From Lachnospiraceae bacterium (GTDB taxonomy: Bacteria; Bacillota; Clostridia; Lachnospirales; Lachnospiraceae): DNA of 64,000 nucleotides. Under the pieces are notes generated by a model that did not search any database, was not told where the DNA came from, and was given only the letters and a program-made list of their open reading frames with translations. The stretch is from assembly GCA_963594555.1 (NCBI GenBank), contig CAVBEI010000001.1, positions 68,034 to 132,033 of the forward strand. The letters are read 5' to 3'. A program made the translations under genes and the position numbers. Position 1 is the first letter of the stretch. Each line of letters starts with the position of its first letter. Positions 26,847 to 34,375 of the stretch are shown piece by piece.

Positions 26847-26864
26847 TTATCATTACTCATCTAA

Positions 26865-27425
26865 TTATTCCGGTTTTTCTGTGATGATCTGAAGGATCTC
26901 ATCATAATCGGCACCCTTTTTCAATGTGTAGGTACCAGGCAAAATCTGACTGTCTGCACCCATCTTTGCCAGATATGCATTAAAATCCTTCGCATTATCG
27001 ATCACACCGGCACGTTTTAGCTTTTTACAGATCTCATCTGAATATTCACCGGCCACGATCGATAGCTTTACCTGCTCTACTGTTTCTGTGGAAGGCTCAT
27101 CCGATTTATTTGCAGGTGATTTATTTGCATCATCTGTATCATCGCCTGCAGCATCCTCTTTTGTCGTCTCTTCGGTTGTATCATAAGCGGTATCCTCAGA
27201 TGACTTTTCATCCAAAGCCTCTGATGTGTCAGGCTTTGCTGCATCTGAGAGCTTCTCGGTATCAGTAATGGCACCGGCAGATACCATCCCAAGAGAAGCC
27301 GCACGAATCATAATCTCTTCATCTGATATCGTATCATTTCCCTGAAAGGAAAAAAGGATCATCAAAAGCAGCGTGGTACCGATGATACCTATCCCCATTC
27401 CACGCAGATAATACTTTAATCTCAC
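26865..27425 (-). CDS. Uncharacterised single-pass membrane protein with acidic linker and C-terminal MltG/YceG-like LysM-type domain (operon tail gene 3)
   Basis: 186 aa. The GTG start follows an AAGGAG RBS and overlaps the upstream stop (GTGA). The TM is GIGIIGTTLLLMILFSF, followed by a D/E/T-rich linker. The C-terminal ~60 aa (VKLSIVAGEYSDEICKKLKRAGVIDNAKDFNAYL...LPGTYTLKKGADYDEILQII) resembles the N-terminal LysM-like domain of MltG by pattern only. Confidence 0.6.
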   Translation of the reverse strand: MRLKYYLRGMGIGIIGTTLLLMILFSFQGNDTISDEEIMIRAASLGMVSAGAITDTEKLSDAAKPDTSEALDEKSSEDTAYDTTEETTKEDAAGDDTDDANKSPANKSDEPSTETVEQVKLSIVAGEYSDEICKKLKRAGVIDNAKDFNAYLAKMGADSQILPGTYTLKKGADYDEILQIITEKPE

Positions 27426-28096
27426 GATTCTTCTCCTTTATAAAGCTCTGTGATCAGCTTCACCTCTCCAAAGCCCAGTCCAAGTGTCCGTGCAATATCA
27501 GTCAGATCTTCTCCGGCACGATAATGCTCTAGTATCTGCTCCTTTGCAGTTATCGTATTAGGTGCTTCCTCTTCTGGCGTTTCTTCTAAAAGGTCTGCAA
27601 TTGTCTCCTGCGGCTCATCCTCTAATACGGCTTCTGTAGTCTGCTCACTCACGATAGGCTGTGCCACCAGCTCCTGATATGCATCCATCCGCTCGTTTAG
27701 CTGATCAACAGTAGATAAAAGCTGAGTATGCTTTTCGCCAAGCATACTATATAAAAAGGTCACCTCGGTATTCATCTTCTCGAGCTTTTCTGTAACAGCA
27801 TCCGAATATTCGCTGATAGCCATGATCTTTTCATTCGTATCACGTTCCATCGTGCGTTTTACCTGGTCAACGGTCAGATCCATAGCATCATCAACAAGAT
27901 CGGATATCTTGGCCTTTGCTTCTTCCATCTCACGATCTAAAATGCCTTGAAGCTGATCCTCACTTAGCTTTGCGATGCGTGTGATGTCAGAGCCCTGGAG
28001 CTTTTCGGTAATAAAAAAGCTGCTGATAAAAAATACTGCGCCAATCAGCAGCAATATAATCTCTACTCCCGTCATAATCTCACATATATTCGTCAA
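27422..28096 (-). CDS. Uncharacterised membrane-anchored coiled-coil protein with C-terminal HTH-like motif (operon tail gene 2; possible SwrB analogue)
   Basis: 224 aa from the TTG at 28096, or 217 aa from the ATG at 28075. The N-terminal TM is VEIILLLIGAVFFISSFFI, followed by a long helical E/K/D-rich region. The C-terminus is ILEHYRAGEDLTDIARTLGLGFGEVKLITELYKG. Confidence 0.6.
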   Translation of the reverse strand: MTNICEIMTGVEIILLLIGAVFFISSFFITEKLQGSDITRIAKLSEDQLQGILDREMEEAKAKISDLVDDAMDLTVDQVKRTMERDTNEKIMAISEYSDAVTEKLEKMNTEVTFLYSMLGEKHTQLLSTVDQLNERMDAYQELVAQPIVSEQTTEAVLEDEPQETIADLLEETPEEEAPNTITAKEQILEHYRAGEDLTDIARTLGLGFGEVKLITELYKGEES

Positions 28097-28416
28097 ATCG
28101 TCATATCAAAGCCGCCTAAGCGCCCCTTGATACGGACATGACCATCCTCCATCTCTTCCTTTTTCTTCTGATCTCTTTTTTTTCGATTGTCCGAATATTC
28201 ATTTTTGCTGCCGTCTCTCGCATCAAAACGATACTCGCCTTCTGAAGAATCTTCCTTTGAGCCAACGGTTCTGGCAGCTGTCTGTTCGTGCTTTGTGACA
28301 GTGGCAAACGCCTGCTGCTGATGCAGGATTGGCCTTTGATCCTCATTTTGCTTGACTGTTGATACGTTTTGCTGATGCAGCATCATTCCATTAAAATCCA
28401 CCGGACGAAGTGCCAT
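28093..28416 (-). CDS. Uncharacterised small, highly charged soluble protein (operon tail gene 1)
   Basis: 107 aa. The ATG follows a GGTGAG RBS, 12 nt after the fliA stop. There is no hydrophobic segment and the sequence is Q/K/E/D/S-rich (…NRKKRDQKKKEEMEDGHVRIKGRLGGFDMTI). I recognise no family. Confidence 0.55.
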   Translation of the reverse strand: MALRPVDFNGMMLHQQNVSTVKQNEDQRPILHQQQAFATVTKHEQTAARTVGSKEDSSEGEYRFDARDGSKNEYSDNRKKRDQKKKEEMEDGHVRIKGRLGGFDMTI

Positions 28417-28428
28417 GCTCTCTCACCT

Positions 28429-29196
28429 CTATCCTTTCGCCAGTATACCCATATAGCTGCCCATGGTCTTTTGCATCTTTGACAATGCCTTTGTATGCAG
28501 CTGAGATACGCGTGATTCAGATACCTCAAGCACCTTGCTGATCTCCTTTAGCGTCATATCCTCATAATAATAGAGTAAAATAACCTTTGATTCCTTTTCC
28601 GTCAGCTGCTCCATCGCTTTTTGAAGCATCTCCTTTAGCTCGGTCTGCTCGACCATCTCTTCCGGCTGAATGAAATGGGAATTGCCGCGGGTCTCCATCA
28701 CAGGCTCTGAGCCCTGTTCTACATATTCATTGAGAGATACCACATTTGTGATCTTTAGCTGTGACTGCCATCCAAGCAGCTCATCCTCACTAAGTCCTAA
28801 CTCTGCTGCGATCTCTTCATCACTGGCTGTTTTTCCGGTGCGTGTCTCGATCATACGAATCGCTTCATCGATCTTTTTTTGCTTTTGACGCACAGTGCGC
28901 GGAATCCAATCCATCTTTCTAATCTGATCCAGGATCGAGCCGCGAATACGTAGCGATGCATAGGTCTCGAATTTGACATCCTTTGAGGTATCGAATTTAT
29001 CGATCGCATCGATAAGACCAAAGACTCCATAGCTGACCAGATCCTCATATTCTACATTGTATCCGAGATACATATTGAGTCTTCCGGCTACGAGCTTTAC
29101 AAGCGGTGCATATTCAATTATGATCTGTTCTCTTAGCTCCGGCGTTTTTGATCTGCAATAACGCTGCCAGAGCTGTTCTTTTTCTACTGCTTTCAT
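28429..29196 (-). CDS. fliA: Flagellar RNA polymerase sigma-28 factor FliA/SigD
   Basis: 255 aa with sigma-70 regions 2, 3 and 4. The region 4.2 HTH is LKEISKVLEVSESRVSQLHTKAL. Its position after cheD matches the B. subtilis fla/che operon. Confidence 0.92.
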   Translation of the reverse strand: MKAVEKEQLWQRYCRSKTPELREQIIIEYAPLVKLVAGRLNMYLGYNVEYEDLVSYGVFGLIDAIDKFDTSKDVKFETYASLRIRGSILDQIRKMDWIPRTVRQKQKKIDEAIRMIETRTGKTASDEEIAAELGLSEDELLGWQSQLKITNVVSLNEYVEQGSEPVMETRGNSHFIQPEEMVEQTELKEMLQKAMEQLTEKESKVILLYYYEDMTLKEISKVLEVSESRVSQLHTKALSKMQKTMGSYMGILAKG

Positions 29197-29221
29197 CTAA
29201 CATCCTACTCTTGTCTGATGA

Positions 29222-29515
29222 TCAGTGCTCATGGTCGGTATAATCATCCTGATACTCTTCGTCAGAAAGTGCCATCTCGTCAAAGAGATCCTCATCCACG
29301 TCCATGCCCTCATAGCCGCTCAATGGATCCTTCATCACATCAAAGCCTTTATCCAGCACCAGCTTTACGATGCATCCAAACAGATAAAAGCCGATCAGTG
29401 TTAAAAATTCTATTTTAACAAATGTACCAAAATCATAATGCTGACAGTAGCTGATCACACAAACGACAAAGCCTGCAAGCAGCATGATCATCGCGGGAAC
29501 CGACTTTGTATTCAT
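29222..29515 (-). CDS. Uncharacterised small 2-TM membrane protein with hyper-acidic C-terminal tail
   Basis: 97 aa from the ATG at 29515, which follows a GGGGGTG RBS. Sequence: MNTKSVPAMIMLLAGFVVCVISY...FLTLIGFYLFGCIVKLVL...DVDEDLFDEMALSDEEYQDDYTDHEH. The upstream part of ORF 29222..29926 overlaps cheD out of frame and was discarded. Confidence 0.6.
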   Translation of the reverse strand: MNTKSVPAMIMLLAGFVVCVISYCQHYDFGTFVKIEFLTLIGFYLFGCIVKLVLDKGFDVMKDPLSGYEGMDVDEDLFDEMALSDEEYQDDYTDHEH

Positions 29516-29534
29516 AAAGCACCCCCATAAAAGG

Positions 29535-30020
29535 TCAAATGGTTTTAACCGATTTTCCGACTGCCTTGATGATATAATCACCGTTTGAGCAATCCAGCTC
29601 GACGGTTCTTCCGTAATTGAGTCCGGTATCCTCTGCCTTGATCGGTATTCCAAGCTGTGCAAGTGCCTGCTTGGTTGCGATTGCATTTTTCTCACCGATA
29701 TTTCCGATCGAGGTTGAACCGGACACCTCAAACATTTTTGCGCCTCCGGCAATCTTTGCAACAAGACGCCGTCTTGGTACGCCCATCGCCTCCATCTGAC
29801 GAACCAGCTCCACAATGCCGGTATCTGCAAATTTTGCGATGTTTGAATTATTTTTGATTTTTGTGCTGTCCGGCAGCATGATATGTGCCAGACCGCCGAT
29901 CTTTGTCGTCGGATCCCACAGGGCAATGCCGATGCAGGAACCGAGTCCTAATGTGGTCAATGAATCCGGGGCCTTGGCTGTTTTTAAATCAGCCATCCCC
30001 ACCTTTATTACGACTCCCAT
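29535..30020 (-). CDS. cheD: Chemoreceptor glutamine deamidase CheD
   Basis: 161 aa. Contains GLGSCIGIALWD (catalytic Cys) and LAHIMLP. It follows cheC. Confidence 0.92.
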   Translation of the reverse strand: MGVVIKVGMADLKTAKAPDSLTTLGLGSCIGIALWDPTTKIGGLAHIMLPDSTKIKNNSNIAKFADTGIVELVRQMEAMGVPRRRLVAKIAGGAKMFEVSGSTSIGNIGEKNAIATKQALAQLGIPIKAEDTGLNYGRTVELDCSNGDYIIKAVGKSVKTI

Positions 30021-30038
30021 ATGTCTTCCGTTTCCCTT

Positions 30039-30665
30039 TTAGAGTGAAATACCAAGTGATGATAAAATCTTATCATACGAATCCTCATCCGGCAGTAAAA
30101 TAAAATAGCCTTCCATCATCACTTTATCACCAAACTCCGTTTCAATCAGCAATGCATTGTCTCCGTATTGTCCGAACTGTATAGCAGGAACACTGAGAAT
30201 CGATGCTGCCATATCTACGGCAATATATGGAACGGATGGCGTGATCACAAGGTTTGTCATCGTAGAAAGTGCGGACAGATATGAGCCGGCTATGATATTT
30301 CCGATCTCCTTCATCGCAGAAAGCTCCATCTCGGAGAATTCCTCCCCGTCACTCTTTTCACACATGCCGCCCATCAGACGATCCACCAGATAGTGTGCAG
30401 ATTTTAGCCGCATCAAAAACATCATGCTGCCGGAAATATCATGCTGCACCTCAAGAAAGATACCAACGATGATCTCCTCCTCAGGACAGATTGCCGAGCC
30501 AAGATCCTCTACAGCCTTTAATTCGACATTTGGCACCTTCATATCGATGGTCAGATTCAGCATGTTCGCAATGGCTGTCGTCGCATTGCCTGCGCCGATG
30601 TTTCCTAACTCACGCAGCACATCCATATACATATTGTTTACATTGTCAAATGAAAATTTCCCCAT
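30039..30665 (-). CDS. cheC: CheY-P phosphatase CheC
   Basis: 208 aa with two CheC-type motifs, ELGNIGAGNATTAIANML and MKEIGNIIAGSYLSALS. Confidence 0.9.
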   Translation of the reverse strand: MGKFSFDNVNNMYMDVLRELGNIGAGNATTAIANMLNLTIDMKVPNVELKAVEDLGSAICPEEEIIVGIFLEVQHDISGSMMFLMRLKSAHYLVDRLMGGMCEKSDGEEFSEMELSAMKEIGNIIAGSYLSALSTMTNLVITPSVPYIAVDMAASILSVPAIQFGQYGDNALLIETEFGDKVMMEGYFILLPDEDSYDKILSSLGISL

Positions 30666-30685
30666 AAAATTTCCCTTCCATTAAC

Positions 30686-30727
30686 AGTAGGCGTATCTGC
30701 CCAAAGCCTCAGACAAACACGCCTACT
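30686..30727 (-). promoter_or_regulatory. Perfect 9-bp stem-loop filling the cheW-cheC intergenic gap (no U-tract)
   Basis: The arms AGTAGGCGT (30686-30694) and ACGCCTACT (30719-30727) are exact reverse complements. The loop is 24 nt with a minor internal TCTG/CAGA pairing. The hairpin starts 7 nt after the cheW stop and ends just before the cheC RBS. Confidence 0.4.
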
Positions 30728-30733
30728 CATTAT

Positions 30734-31198
30734 CTAATTTTCTTCCGTCATGGCAGTAATATCAAACAGAGAAATCAAATCCGCTCCGTTTTTGCCGATT
30801 CCGTTGATATAGGTGTGTTTTCCGCCCTTGGCGTCGTGGCTGGGCTTGTCGATCTCGCTCGCACCTAAATTTACAACCTCACGAACCTCATCTACGATCA
30901 CACCAAGCTTTCCCTTGTCCTCGAGCTTTAGGATGATAATACGGCTGCTGTTTGTGAATACATCATCGGAAAATCCCATTTTCAGTCGAATGCTCATAAC
31001 AGGAACGATCTCACCTCGCAGATTGATGACGCCCTTGAAATAGCTCTGTGCCTTCGGTACACGGGTGATCTTTTGCATACGGACAATGGTGTCTACATAT
31101 CCGATATCGATTCCGTAGATCTCACTGCTTAGCTTGACTGCAATAAACTGCTTTTTTTCTTCTGTAACGTCCTCGTTTACATCTACATATGCTGGCAT
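30734..31198 (-). CDS. cheW: Chemotaxis coupling protein CheW
   Basis: 154 aa single CheW domain (FIAVKLSSEIYGIDIGYVDTIVRM...VINLRGEIVPV...). Confidence 0.92.
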   Translation of the reverse strand: MPAYVDVNEDVTEEKKQFIAVKLSSEIYGIDIGYVDTIVRMQKITRVPKAQSYFKGVINLRGEIVPVMSIRLKMGFSDDVFTNSSRIIILKLEDKGKLGVIVDEVREVVNLGASEIDKPSHDAKGGKHTYINGIGKNGADLISLFDITAMTEEN

Positions 31199-31210
31199 CT
31201 GTTATCCTCC

Positions 31211-33316
31211 CTACATCAGTGTATTTACATCAAGAATCAACGCAACCTCGCCATCTCCTAGAATCGTTGCTCCGCTGATGATCTTGGTGGAATTGTCTAT
31301 AAAGTTGCCGAGTGATTTGATGACGATCTCCTGCTGACCCATCAGATCATCGACAACCAGGCCTACCTGCTTGTCGCCTCTCGAAATGATGACAATAGTC
31401 AGGCTCTCGCGTTCATCAGAGGGTGGATCGATATCGAGCAGCTGGTTTAGACGGATAATCGGAATAACCGTACCGCGCATATTGATGACTTCCTTTGCCT
31501 CGACATATTTGATGTCTGTGATCGGAATATCCTCAATGCTGACGATAGAGCCGAGTGCGATCGCATATTTTTCTTCACCGATGATAACCATCAGCGCCTG
31601 AATGATCGCTAAGGTAAGCGGCAAGCGAACCGTAAAGGTCGAGCCCTCTCCGTAAACACTTTTGACCTCTACATCACCGCCGAGTGCTTCGATGTTGGAT
31701 TTAACGACATCAAGGCCAACACCACGTCCGGATATATCTGTAATCTGCTTTGCCATAGAAAAGCTCGGCATGAATAAAAAGTCAATGATCTCCTTTTGTG
31801 TCAGATTCTCTGCCTGCTCTGCTGATACAACGCCGCGTTCAATGGCCTTTGCCTTTACTGCTTCTACATCGATTCCATTACCATCATCACCAACCTCGAT
31901 GATGACATTGTTTCCTTCCTGGAAGGCCTTGAGTCGGATCGTTCCAACCTCCGGCTTGCCACGCTCCTTACGAACCTCAGCGCTCTCGAGTCCATGATCA
32001 GCAGAATTACGAAGCAAATGCTGCAACGGATCACCGATCTGATCTACTACGGTACGATCCAGCTCGGTCTCTTCACCGCTCATGACAAGCTCCATCTTTT
32101 TATTCAAGGTACGAGAAAGATCACGAATCATGCGCGGGAATTTGTTAACGACACTCTCGATGGGCACCATTCGAACCTTCATGACCGATTCATGCAAGCC
32201 TGTTGTGATTCGCTCGAGATACTCGATCTGCTCCTGATAGGACTGATTTTGCATATTCGAGCTATTGTTTGCACTCAAGGATACGAGTGAGTTCTTGGCA
32301 ATGATCAGCTCGCTAACCTGATTCATCAAGGCATCGAGCTTTTCGATATCTACACGAACCGTACGGCTGGTGACAGGCTTTGCGTTCTGTTTTTTTTGTG
32401 TTGCGGCAGGCTGCTTTGTGGCGGTAGCTGCTGCGGGGGCGCTTGCCTGTGTCTCTGCAGAAGTCTCCTGCGGAAGCTGCGGCTGCTCGTTTACAGGCTC
32501 CTCTTCCTTTTGTAGGTATTCGATCGAAAGCTCCTCAGCTACTGCCGTCTCGATCTCTGATACCGCACGAACAGCTGCAAGCACCTGATCTAGAGCGGCA
32601 TCCGTTGTGAAGAAGATACTGAAATCATTCTCGAATTTCTCGTCTTCGATATCCTGAGAGCTCGGTGCATATACGATGATCTCGGCAAACTCTTCTACTG
32701 CCTTGAATACGAGAAAGGCACGTGCAGCCTTTAGCAGGCAATCCTTGCGGATATAGACGGTCATGCCGTATACATGCTCTCCCTCATCGAAGGCAGCACC
32801 GATCCTTTTCTTATCTGTCTCTGCTAACTCCAGTGCCAGATAACGCTTTTCTCCGACATCTTCCTTAGCAGCATCCTTCGTCTCTTCTGCTGAACTAACG
32901 GCAGGCGCTGCCGGTGCGGCTGCAGCTTCTTCTGCATGCTCTAAAAAGCCATTTAGCTTTTGAATAATGGCCTCATTATCATTCGTGCCTTCATCGGAGG
33001 TTTCCTTTATGATCTCTAAGTAGCCCTCGATCGCATCCAAGCATTGAAACAGCAGATCGATCATATCGCTGTCGACCTTGATCGTGTCGTTTCGTACCTC
33101 CTGGAAGACATTCTCCATATCATGCGTCATATGCTGCATGCGCTTAAAGCCCATCGTACCTGCCATTCCCTTTAGGGAGTGGGCAGCACGGAAAATCTCA
33201 TTTACGACATCCTTGTTATCAGGCTCGCTCTCTAAGGCCATGATATTATCGCTAAGGCTTTGAATATGTTCGTTTGTCTCATCAATAAAGATCTCTAGAT
33301 ACTGACTTACATCCAT
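31211..33316 (-). CDS. cheA: Chemotaxis histidine kinase CheA
   Basis: 701 aa. Contains an HPt site (AAHSLKGMAG) and an A/P/Q-rich linker. The dimerisation and HATPase domains follow (HLLRNSADHGLE, GRGVGLDVV), then a C-terminal CheW-like domain. Confidence 0.95.
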   Translation of the reverse strand: MDVSQYLEIFIDETNEHIQSLSDNIMALESEPDNKDVVNEIFRAAHSLKGMAGTMGFKRMQHMTHDMENVFQEVRNDTIKVDSDMIDLLFQCLDAIEGYLEIIKETSDEGTNDNEAIIQKLNGFLEHAEEAAAAPAAPAVSSAEETKDAAKEDVGEKRYLALELAETDKKRIGAAFDEGEHVYGMTVYIRKDCLLKAARAFLVFKAVEEFAEIIVYAPSSQDIEDEKFENDFSIFFTTDAALDQVLAAVRAVSEIETAVAEELSIEYLQKEEEPVNEQPQLPQETSAETQASAPAAATATKQPAATQKKQNAKPVTSRTVRVDIEKLDALMNQVSELIIAKNSLVSLSANNSSNMQNQSYQEQIEYLERITTGLHESVMKVRMVPIESVVNKFPRMIRDLSRTLNKKMELVMSGEETELDRTVVDQIGDPLQHLLRNSADHGLESAEVRKERGKPEVGTIRLKAFQEGNNVIIEVGDDGNGIDVEAVKAKAIERGVVSAEQAENLTQKEIIDFLFMPSFSMAKQITDISGRGVGLDVVKSNIEALGGDVEVKSVYGEGSTFTVRLPLTLAIIQALMVIIGEEKYAIALGSIVSIEDIPITDIKYVEAKEVINMRGTVIPIIRLNQLLDIDPPSDERESLTIVIISRGDKQVGLVVDDLMGQQEIVIKSLGNFIDNSTKIISGATILGDGEVALILDVNTLM

Positions 33317-33317
33317 C

Positions 33318-34373
33318 TTATTTTACCCCCACATGTTTTATAATCGTGTTTGCAATTGATTCCAGTGCAACGACCTCATCCGCAAGTCCTGCCTCTGCGA
33401 TAGCACGCGGCATACCATATACGACACAACTGGCTGCATTCTGTGCGATCACATGAATCGGCTTTTTTTGCTCTAGTGCACGAATGCCTTCCGTTCCGTC
33501 TGCGCCCATGCCTGTTAACACCACACATACGATCTCATCAAAATGACTGCCGCAAAGCGATTCATAGGTGACATTCGCACAGGGCTTTAGTCCGCCGATC
33601 GCAGGCGCATCACTCAAATGTACCTTGTGTACACCACCGGCGTAAATGATCTCCATGTGTTTGCCACCGGGCGCGATATAGACAGAGCCTTTTTTAAGTA
33701 TATCACCCTCTGCTGCTTCCTTAACAGAAAGCGGACTAAGCGCATCGAGCCGCTCTGCCAGCGATTTGGTAAAGCCCTCCGGCATATGCTGCACTACGAT
33801 CATTGGTGCATCCATATGTGCATCCAGTAGTGGAATGACTGCCTGCAAAGACTTCGGACCTCCGGTCGAGCAGGCTAAGGCAACTAGCCTTTCACCTCCT
33901 CGTGGGATAACGGCGGATTTTTTTGCCGGTGTGTGTGCATTGTGCTGTAGCGGCTGCGTCTTTATACAAGCATCCATATGCAGCACGCCACAGAGCATGC
34001 CAAACAGCTCATTTTTAAAATCCTTGCCCTTTGCCTCGATGAGATTTTGCGGCTTGGTCACGACACCAACCACACCAAGCTCTAGTGCCTGCAGTGTGAT
34101 ATCCGCATCCTTCGTCGTAAGCGTACTCACCATGATGACGTTCGTATGAATATGCTCTGCCTGCAGACGCTCTAACAGCTGCAAGCCATTCATATGCGGC
34201 ATACATACATCCAACAGCACTGCATCGTAGCGCTTTTTTTTGATCTGCTCGTATGCCTCTAAGCCATCCTGGCATGTATCACTTGCCTGGAATCGTTCAT
34301 CTGTACTAATTATATCACAGATGACACGTCTCATGAGTGCAGAGTCATCTACGACTAAAATGTTTTTCTTCAT
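33318..34373 (-). CDS. cheB: Chemotaxis methylesterase/deamidase CheB (REC + CheB domain)
   Basis: 351 aa. The REC domain has VVDDSALMRR and a phospho-acceptor in LLDVCMP. The esterase motifs are ACSTGGPKSL and QHMPEGFT. Confidence 0.93.
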   Translation of the reverse strand: MKKNILVVDDSALMRRVICDIISTDERFQASDTCQDGLEAYEQIKKKRYDAVLLDVCMPHMNGLQLLERLQAEHIHTNVIMVSTLTTKDADITLQALELGVVGVVTKPQNLIEAKGKDFKNELFGMLCGVLHMDACIKTQPLQHNAHTPAKKSAVIPRGGERLVALACSTGGPKSLQAVIPLLDAHMDAPMIVVQHMPEGFTKSLAERLDALSPLSVKEAAEGDILKKGSVYIAPGGKHMEIIYAGGVHKVHLSDAPAIGGLKPCANVTYESLCGSHFDEIVCVVLTGMGADGTEGIRALEQKKPIHVIAQNAASCVVYGMPRAIAEAGLADEVVALESIANTIIKHVGVK

Positions 34374-34375
34374 AA

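Noticed and set aside
29516-29926. N-terminal 137 codons of ORF 29222..29926, overlapping cheD in another frame. This could suggest a 234-aa overlapping gene.
   Set aside because: The overlapping part is R/W/C/Q-rich, a typical out-of-frame composition. cheD in the other frame has clear family motifs. A good RBS+ATG at 29515 begins a coherent 2-TM protein.
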